Both the position numbers and the translations under genes were made by a program. From Candidatus Omnitrophota bacterium (GTDB taxonomy: Bacteria; Omnitrophota; Gorgyraeia; Zapsychrales; JANLHA01): a stretch of 64,000 nt of DNA. The stretch covers positions 659,136 to 723,135 of the forward strand of contig OY759724.1 in the NCBI GenBank assembly GCA_963662715.1, in the 5' to 3' direction. This document shows, piece by piece, positions 57,551 to 64,000 of the stretch. Every line of letters begins with the position of its first letter. The first letter of the stretch is position 1. A model generated the notes under the pieces. It saw only the letters and a list, made by a program, of their open reading frames with translations, made no database searches and had not been told where the DNA came from.

Positions 57551-58290
57551 CGCCGCCCTCCCTGTCTTACAGCCATGAGACTCTTGTGATCATAAGGAGA
57601 AAACCAGTGAAATCCGGGAGGCAGAGCCTTAAAAGGCTCATCTTTCATAAACATAATGAGAACGTCAGGGTCACTGATATCGGGTTTTAAAATATCGATA
57701 GGGTAAAGGAAATACGCAAGTTCTGTTTTCCAGAACAACCCCAGGCCCTTCTCAAGATACAAATCACTTAAAAGACGTGCCCGGGCATACCCTGATATGT
57801 GTTGATGACAGTAGCGGGAAAATCCATAGGTTTGTTTATAAATTTGGGCATATTTATTCTGAACATCTTCGCCTTTGAAATGCTGATATTCAAAGGCGAA
57901 TTGTCTAAGCTGAAATTTCACCTGGAAAAATGTTAATATAAAAAGCATAATCCAGGCCCCTGTCTTGAGTGTCTTTAATCCCTTTCGGAGAAAAAAGCGG
58001 GGGGAATTGTCTGCATGACGCCTGTTTCTGTAAGCCAGCCAGAGGGAAGAAAAAAAGATCAAAGCATACCCATACCACAAAATATTCAACGGGCCAATCT
58101 GACGATAGAGACAACGGTTGGGCGTCATGGCATAAAAAGTATCAATGAAGGAAACCATGGGAGAAGACGTATGCCAGGTAAAAGGAAAAAAAACAACAAA
58201 CAAAACAAACAACACAATTCCGACTCCCAGCTTGATTGTGCGGGGTAACGTTTTCTGATCTTCTTCTTTATTATGGAAAGCAGCTGCCAT
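57547..58290 (-). CDS. Hypothetical membrane protein
   Basis: 247 aa with several TM helices. It is co-transcribed (4-nt overlap) with 56144..57550. Confidence 0.4.
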   Translation of the reverse strand: MAAAFHNKEEDQKTLPRTIKLGVGIVLFVLFVVFFPFTWHTSSPMVSFIDTFYAMTPNRCLYRQIGPLNILWYGYALIFFSSLWLAYRNRRHADNSPRFFLRKGLKTLKTGAWIMLFILTFFQVKFQLRQFAFEYQHFKGEDVQNKYAQIYKQTYGFSRYCHQHISGYARARLLSDLYLEKGLGLFWKTELAYFLYPIDILKPDISDPDVLIMFMKDEPFKALPPGFHWFSPYDHKSLMAVRQGGRR

Positions 58291-58788
58291 TGATACGGCC
58301 TTTAAAATTTAAAAATTTTCGAGATCATTATCAACCACCCATATCTTTTAGGCTAATTCACCTTAAAGGAAAAAACCTTAAAGTAAAATAAACAACTTCT
58401 ATGATATTCATTTTAAAACGTTCTTACCAGTAAAATTAATACTATTTAGGAAGCCGCTTGAGAAATACATTCTTAAAGTGTTTAGGGCATCGGGGCCTAA
58501 TTAATTTTTAAAGGAACTTCCAAGTATTTCACCTCTTAATATATTTATATGATATGTTTAACATATTGTTGATGTTAAAAATAATAGACACACATCCATG
58601 CATACCTGTCCAGGACTGTCCTAGACTGAGCAAAAGAGGCAAGAACAGAAAAACACGAATTATGAACAAATATTTCACAAAACAATAAATTTACTCCATT
58701 AATTAATATTTGGTACATTTCTTGCTTGTAATTAATACGTTAACTTCGCATCACAGCAAAAATATATATCAATTTAGGAGGTTTTTCA

Positions 58789-59577
58789 ATGAAACAGTCA
58801 CTTAGAAACATCAGCATCATCTTTTTAGCGGTTATAGGAGTTGTGGCTCTGACCAGCAGCCCGGCTTCAGCACAAGCTGCCGCAACAATTCCAGTTGACC
58901 TGGAATTGAGTTTGGTTATTGACATTTCCGGAAGTGTCAGCGCTTCTGAATATGCAACACAAATCCAGGGTTATGGAAATGCTTTTAAAAGCGCTGCTGT
59001 TATCAATGCCCTTGATAACGGACAATACGAACAAATCGCCGTTAATGTCGTATTCTACAGCGGTAGCGCCGCGGAAGTTGTGGAATGGACTCTCGTTGAC
59101 CAATCCAACTCCTCTGCTTTTGGGGACACGCTTATTGCTTTAGCCGACCCAAACAATCTGGGCAGCTTGACCGGTGTGGCCAATGCCATTGATACAGCCG
59201 ACAATCTGTTTTTCACCAATATCTACGAAGGTGACAGACTTGTTATGGATGTTTCCGGTGACGGAATTGAAAACGTAGACAGCGTAGCAGACGTTTTAAG
59301 TGCACGCGATATCGCCCTGGCCTTGGGAATTGATGCCATCAACGGTCTTGTTATTGATGATGAAACCGGTGTCGTGGATTTTTATGCTGACAACGTCGTT
59401 GGAGGAGACGGGGCTTTCTTACTCGTTGTTGATTCTTTTGATGATTTGCAGCCGGCTATCATTGAAAAACTCGCCAGAGAAATCGGCGATGATCCTGTTG
59501 TCCCTGAACCAGCCACTCTTTCCCTGTTAGGCTTTGGCTTAATGGGATTAGCTGGTTTCAGAAAAAAGAGAAGCTAA
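58789..59577 (+). CDS. von Willebrand factor A-domain protein carrying a PEP-CTERM sorting signal
   Basis: A signal peptide is followed by the vWA MIDAS motif DLELSLVIDISGSVS and the TADN / DGIENVDS motifs. The C-terminus VPEPATLSLLGFGLMGLAGFRKKRS has the PEP motif, a hydrophobic helix and a basic tail, which together define PEP-CTERM. Strong TAGGAGG RBS. Confidence 0.75.
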   Translation: MKQSLRNISIIFLAVIGVVALTSSPASAQAAATIPVDLELSLVIDISGSVSASEYATQIQGYGNAFKSAAVINALDNGQYEQIAVNVVFYSGSAAEVVEWTLVDQSNSSAFGDTLIALADPNNLGSLTGVANAIDTADNLFFTNIYEGDRLVMDVSGDGIENVDSVADVLSARDIALALGIDAINGLVIDDETGVVDFYADNVVGGDGAFLLVVDSFDDLQPAIIEKLAREIGDDPVVPEPATLSLLGFGLMGLAGFRKKRS

Positions 59578-59893
59578 TATAATTATATATATTTATGAAA
59601 CTCCACGGCCTCACGGCCGTGGTTTCTTAACTATTTTGACTGTGCAAACGCAGCTAAAATTCTATCTGCGTTTGTCCTCGGTCTTCCCGGCCTTGATATT
59701 CGATGTATCGCTTTATCGATTCTTCGTCGGCTCCAACCGTTGACACAAAATACCCTGCTGACCATATCCTGAGTTATCCCGCCATAAATACAATAAACAG
59801 CATATCGCACAAACCCATGGGAACAAAATATCGCAGGGAAAGCATTCACAGCAAGGCAGGATGACGACAAGGCATGATTCACTGCACGGGATT

Positions 59894-62800
59894 TTATTCT
59901 GACACACAATCATAACACTGAATAGCAGATTGGCCATCCTGTCCCGAATAGGTAAACAAAATAATACTTGTTTTTAGACACTGCTCTGTTTCCTCACAAG
60001 AAGAACAGTCAACATACAAGCCCTCTCCCACACAACGCTTATCTCCTTTTTCAAACCTGCATTCGAAGCAAGCTTCTCCGCTGGACAATGTCTTGGCAAA
60101 AGTGCAGTTAGGACAATTTTTGCACTCTTTCTCCGTTAAATAACCTATCGAACTGCAGGTTTCCTTCTTTTTCTGACATATATAACATTGTTCTCCTTGT
60201 TTAGTCCTTTTTGTCCCTTCACATTCCTTTTTCGAATCGGATTTGCAGGCAAGACATTCTTGCTCCGTTAACAGACCGAGATCCGAACAAAGCTGTGGTT
60301 TCTCCTCGCAGCTGTAACACTGCCGGCCTTCTTTGGTCTTCTGATCTTTCTTACACTGATTCTTAGGATCCTCTTCACACAGAGAACATTCCTCTTCAGA
60401 AATTAAACCAAGATCGATACATTCTTCCGGTTTATCCATACAGCCGTAACATTGTTTCCCTTCCCTGGTCCTCTGATCTTCGACACATTCCTTCTTCGGG
60501 TCTTTGGTGCAAATCGCGCACTCTTCTTCAGCCAGCAATCCAAGGTCGACGCATGCTTCCGGCTTGTCCATACAGCTGTAGCATTGCCGGCCTTCTTTAG
60601 TTTTCTGATCCTCGACACATTCTTTCTTCGGGTCTTTGGTGCAAATCGCGCACTCTTCTTCAGCCAGCAATCCAAGGTCGACGCATTCTTCCGGTTTGTC
60701 CATACAGCTGTAGCATTGCCGGCCTTCTTTAGTCCTCTGGTCTTCGACACATTCCTTCTTCGGATCTTCGACACATACCGCGCATTCCTCCTGTGACAGC
60801 AGACCTAAATCTTCGCACTCTTCCGGCTTATCCATACAGCTGTAGCATTGCCGGCCTTCTTTAGTCTTCTGGTCTTCGACACATTCCTTCTTCGGATCTT
60901 CGACACATACCGCGCATTCCTCCTGTGACAGCAGACCTAAATCTTCGCATTCTTCCGGCTTGTCCACACAACCGTAACATTGTTTCCCTTCCCTGGTCTT
61001 TTGATCCTCGACACATTCCTTCTTCGGGTCTTCGGCACATACCGCGCATTCCTCCTGTGACAGCAGACCTAAGTCTTCGCATTCTTCCGGCTTGTCCATA
61101 CAGCTGTAGCATTGCCGGCCTTCTTTAGTCTTCTGGTCTTCGACACATTCCTTCTTCGGATCTTCGACACATACCGCGCATTCCTCCTGTGACAGCAGAC
61201 CTAAATCGACGCATTCTTCCGGCTTGTCCACACAACCGTAACATTGTTTCCCTTCCCTGGTCTTTTGATCCTCGACACATTCCTTCTTCGGGTCTTTGGT
61301 GCAAATCGCGCACTCTTCTTCAGCCAGCAATCCAAGGTCGACGCATTCTTCCGGCTTGTCCATACAGCTGTAGCATTGCCGGCCTTCTTTAGTCCTCTGG
61401 TCTTCGACACATTCCTTCTTCGGATCTTCGACACATACCGCGCATTCCTCCTGTGACAGCAGGCCTAAATCTTCGCATTCTTCCGGCTTGTCCACACAAC
61501 CGTAACATTGTTTCCCTTCCCTGGTCTTTTGATCCTCGACACATTCCTTCTTCGGGTCTTCGGCACATACCGCGCATTCCTCCTGCGACAGCAGGCCTAA
61601 ATCTTCGCACTCTTCCGGCTTATCCATACAGCTGTAGCATTGCCGGCCTTCTTTAGTCTTCTGGTCTTCGACACATTCCTTCTTCGGATCTTCGACACAT
61701 ACCGCGCATTCCTCCTGTGACAGCAGACCTAAATCTTCGCATTCTTCCGGCTTGTCCACACAACCGTAACATTGTTTCCCTTCCCTGGTCTTTTGATCCT
61801 CGACACATTCCTTCTTCGGGTCTTCGGCACATACCGCGCATTCCTCCTGTGACAGCAGACCTAAATCTTCGCATTCTTCCGGCTTGTCCATACAGCTGTA
61901 GCATTGCCGGCCTTCTTTAGTCCTCTGGTCTTCGACACATTCCTTCTTCGGATCTTCGACACATACCGCGCATTCCTCCTGTGACAGCAGACCTAAATCG
62001 ACGCATTCTTCCGGCTTGTCCACACAACCGTAACATTGTTTCCCTTCCCTGGTCTTTTGATCCTCGACACATTCCTTCTTCGGGTCTTTGGTGCAAATCG
62101 CGCACTCTTCTTCAGCCAGCAATCCAAGGTCGACGCATTCTTCCGGTTTGTCCATACAGCTGTAGCATTGCCGGCCTTCTTTAGTCCTCTGGTCTTCGAC
62201 ACATTCCTTCTTCGGGTCTTTGGTGCAAATCGCGCACTCTTCTTCAGCCAGCAATCCAAGGTCGACGCATTCTTCCGGTTTGTCCATACAGCTGTAGCAT
62301 TGCCGGCCTTCTTTAGTCCTCTGGTCTTCGACACATTCCTTCTTCGGATCTTCGACACATACCGCGCATTCCTCCTGTGACAGCAGACCTAAATCTTCGC
62401 ATTCTTCCGGCTTGTCCACACAACCGTAACATTGTTTCCCTTCCCTGGTCTTTTGATCCTCGACACATTCCTTCTTCGGGTCTTCGGCACATACCGCGCA
62501 TTCCTCCTGCGACAGCAGGCCTAAATCTTCGCACTCTTCCGGCTTATCCATACAGCTGTAGCATTGCCGGCCTTCTTTAGTTTTCTGATCCTCGACACAT
62601 TCCTTCTTCGGATCTTCGACACATACCGCGCATTCCTCCTGCGACAGCAGACCTAAATCTTCGCATTCTTCCGGTTTATCCATACAGCTGTAGCATTGCC
62701 GGCCTTCCCTGGTCTTCTGATCTTCGACACATTCCTTCCTCGGGTCTTCGACACATACCGCGCATTCCTCCTGTGACAGCAGACCTAAGTCTTCGCATGC

Positions 62801-64000
62801 TTCCGGCTTGTCCATACAGCTGTAGCATTGCCGGCCTTCTTTGGTCTTCTGATCTTCGACACATTCTTTCTTCGGGTCTTCGACACATACCGCGCATTCC
62901 TCCTGTGACAGCAGACCTAAATCTTCGCATGCTTCCGGCTTATCCACACAGCTGTAGCATTGCCGGCCTTCTTTGGTCTTCTGATCTTCGACACATTCTT
63001 TCTTCGGGTCTTCGACACAAATCGCGCACTCTTCTTCAGCCAGCAATCCAAGGTCGACGCATGCTTCCGGTTTATCCACACAGCTGTAGCATTGCCGGCC
63101 TTCTTTAGTCTTCTGATCTTCGATACATTCCTTCTTCGGGTCTTCGACACATACCGCGCATTCCTCCTGTGACAGCAGACCTAAATCTTCGCATGCTTCC
63201 GGCTTATCCACACAGCTGTAGCATTGCCGGCCTTCTTTGGTCTTCTGATCTTCGACACATTCTTTCTTCGGGTCTTCGACACATACCGCGCATTCCTCCT
63301 GTGACAGCAGACCTAAATCTTCGCATGCTTCCGGTTTATCCACACAGCTGTAGCATTGCCGGCCTTCTTTAGTCTTCTGATCTTCGATACATTCCTTCTT
63401 CGGGTCTTCGACACATACCGCGCATTCCTCCTGCGACAGCAGGCCTAAATCAATACATTCTTCCGATTTATCCATACAGTTGTAGCATTGCCGGCCTTCC
63501 TTGGTCTTCTGATCCTCGACACATTCCTTCTTCGGGTCTTTGACACATACCGCGCATTCCTCCTGTGACAGCAGACCTAAATCGACGCATTCTTCCGGTT
63601 TATCCATACAGCTGTAGCATTGCCGGCCTTCTTTAGTTTTCTGATCCTCGACACATTCTTTCTTCGGGTCTTCAGCACATACCGCGCATTCCTCCTGTGA
63701 CAGCAGGCCTAAATCTTCGCATGCTTCCGGTTTGTCCATACAGCTGTAGCATTGCCGGCCTTCTTTGGTCTTCTGATCTTCGACACATTCTTTCTTCGGG
63801 TCTTCAGCACATACCGCGCATTCCTCCTGTGACAGCAGGCCTAAATCTTCGCATGCTTCCGGCTTGTCCATACAGCTGTAGCATTGCTGACCTTCTCTGG
63901 TCTTTTGATCTTCGACACATTCCTTCTTCGGGTCTTCGACACATACCGCGCATTCCTCCTGCGACAGCAGGCCTAAATCAATACATTCTTCCGGCTTGTC
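59894..64000 (-). CDS. Giant acidic cysteine-rich tandem-repeat protein, 3' portion (5' end beyond window)
   Basis: An open minus-strand frame runs from the window edge to the stop at 59894. The body is about 30 copies of a 44-aa unit CYSCMDKPEECEDLGLLSQEECAVCVEDPKKECVEDQKTKEGRQ with six Cys per unit in two CxxC pairs. The final roughly 180 aa are degenerate repeats ending ...QCYDCVSE. The track start at 63871 is only an internal Met, because identical repeats continue to 64000. Confidence 0.7.
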   Translation of the reverse strand, partial: DKPEECIDLGLLSQEECAVCVEDPKKECVEDQKTREGQQCYSCMDKPEACEDLGLLSQEECAVCAEDPKKECVEDQKTKEGRQCYSCMDKPEACEDLGLLSQEECAVCAEDPKKECVEDQKTKEGRQCYSCMDKPEECVDLGLLSQEECAVCVKDPKKECVEDQKTKEGRQCYNCMDKSEECIDLGLLSQEECAVCVEDPKKECIEDQKTKEGRQCYSCVDKPEACEDLGLLSQEECAVCVEDPKKECVEDQKTKEGRQCYSCVDKPEACEDLGLLSQEECAVCVEDPKKECIEDQKTKEGRQCYSCVDKPEACVDLGLLAEEECAICVEDPKKECVEDQKTKEGRQCYSCVDKPEACEDLGLLSQEECAVCVEDPKKECVEDQKTKEGRQCYSCMDKPEACEDLGLLSQEECAVCVEDPRKECVEDQKTREGRQCYSCMDKPEECEDLGLLSQEECAVCVEDPKKECVEDQKTKEGRQCYSCMDKPEECEDLGLLSQEECAVCAEDPKKECVEDQKTREGKQCYGCVDKPEECEDLGLLSQEECAVCVEDPKKECVEDQRTKEGRQCYSCMDKPEECVDLGLLAEEECAICTKDPKKECVEDQRTKEGRQCYSCMDKPEECVDLGLLAEEECAICTKDPKKECVEDQKTREGKQCYGCVDKPEECVDLGLLSQEECAVCVEDPKKECVEDQRTKEGRQCYSCMDKPEECEDLGLLSQEECAVCAEDPKKECVEDQKTREGKQCYGCVDKPEECEDLGLLSQEECAVCVEDPKKECVEDQKTKEGRQCYSCMDKPEECEDLGLLSQEECAVCAEDPKKECVEDQKTREGKQCYGCVDKPEECEDLGLLSQEECAVCVEDPKKECVEDQRTKEGRQCYSCMDKPEECVDLGLLAEEECAICTKDPKKECVEDQKTREGKQCYGCVDKPEECVDLGLLSQEECAVCVEDPKKECVEDQKTKEGRQCYSCMDKPEECEDLGLLSQEECAVCAEDPKKECVEDQKTREGKQCYGCVDKPEECEDLGLLSQEECAVCVEDPKKECVEDQKTKEGRQCYSCMDKPEECEDLGLLSQEECAVCVEDPKKECVEDQRTKEGRQCYSCMDKPEECVDLGLLAEEECAICTKDPKKECVEDQKTKEGRQCYSCMDKPEACVDLGLLAEEECAICTKDPKKECVEDQRTREGKQCYGCMDKPEECIDLGLISEEECSLCEEDPKNQCKKDQKTKEGRQCYSCEEKPQLCSDLGLLTEQECLACKSDSKKECEGTKRTKQGEQCYICQKKKETCSSIGYLTEKECKNCPNCTFAKTLSSGEACFECRFEKGDKRCVGEGLYVDCSSCEETEQCLKTSIILFTYSGQDGQSAIQCYDCVSE
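60400..64000 (-). repeat. Near-identical 132-bp in-frame tandem repeat array with higher-order periodicity of about 792 bp
   Basis: The DNA motif ccggcttgtccatacagctgtagcattgccggccttctttagtcttctggtcttcgacacattccttcttcgg... recurs every 132 bp. Sets of six units recur at 792-bp spacing (antisense track ORFs 60861/61653 and 61125/61917 are offset by exactly 792). Confidence 0.8.

Noticed and set aside
60403-63372. Dozens of 60-120-aa ORFs on both strands inside the repeat array (e.g. MSKIRRRNVSKTRGLKK..., MTADLNLRILPACPH...)
   Set aside because: These are alternative-frame and antisense shadows of the 132-bp repeats, replicated with the same periodicity. Only the long Cys-rich frame is continuous.
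60400-64000. Possible CRISPR array, given highly regular direct repeats
   Set aside because: Repeats are 132 bp and contiguous with no unique spacers. They lie in one long open reading frame, and there are no cas genes.

Overview
This is a 64-kb chromosomal window from a Gram-negative bacterium with visually moderate GC content. Nearly all genes are recognisable housekeeping or envelope functions. I found no integrase, transposase, CRISPR array or prophage signal.

Main contents, in window order:
- A partial radical-SAM gene that runs off the 5' edge of the window.
- A secreted giant coiled-coil protein with a signal peptide.
- A radical-SAM enzyme with a B12-binding domain fused to a polytopic membrane domain, next to a CheY-like receiver.
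- ptsP, encoding a GAF-domain enzyme I of the PTS-Ntr type, with tRNA-Pro(UGG) sitting just upstream of its start on the same strand.
- An AsmA-family envelope protein on the plus strand.
- A roughly 25-kb co-directional minus-strand block. It reads, in transcription order: CPBP-protease/TPR fusion, a divergent secretin, a TPR/GT-C membrane protein, gspE-F-G-H-I-J-K-L-M, a GspC-like gene, gspD, an amidase, murI, queD-queC-queE-queF, rph and rdgB. This amounts to a complete type II secretion (T2SS)-like apparatus with two secretins, a TMTC-like TPR glycosyltransferase and no prepilin peptidase in the window.
- A patch of housekeeping and modification genes: an SGNH hydrolase split by TPR repeats, an MnmA-like PP-loop enzyme, a DUF503 protein, an RsmB/Sun methyltransferase, an MTH1187 protein, a YyaL thioredoxin-domain protein, panE, an EF-G paralog and a CheD-like protein.
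- Several uncharacterised polytopic membrane proteins.
- A vWA protein carrying a PEP-CTERM sorting signal, lying convergent to the most striking object in the window.

That object is a 3'-truncated giant ORF on the minus strand. The window ends before its 5' end, so its N-terminus is not seen. More than 1,360 aa lie inside the window. It is built from about 30 near-identical 132-bp (44-aa) acidic repeats, each with six cysteines in two CxxC knuckles. The units are organised into a higher-order block of about 792 bp.

The supplied ORF track evidently accepts GTG and TTG as starts. Several gene starts were therefore re-placed at internal ATG codons with ribosome-binding sites, or kept at GTG where homology supports it (for example cheD). 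All functional calls rest on motif recognition by eye and are not database hits.
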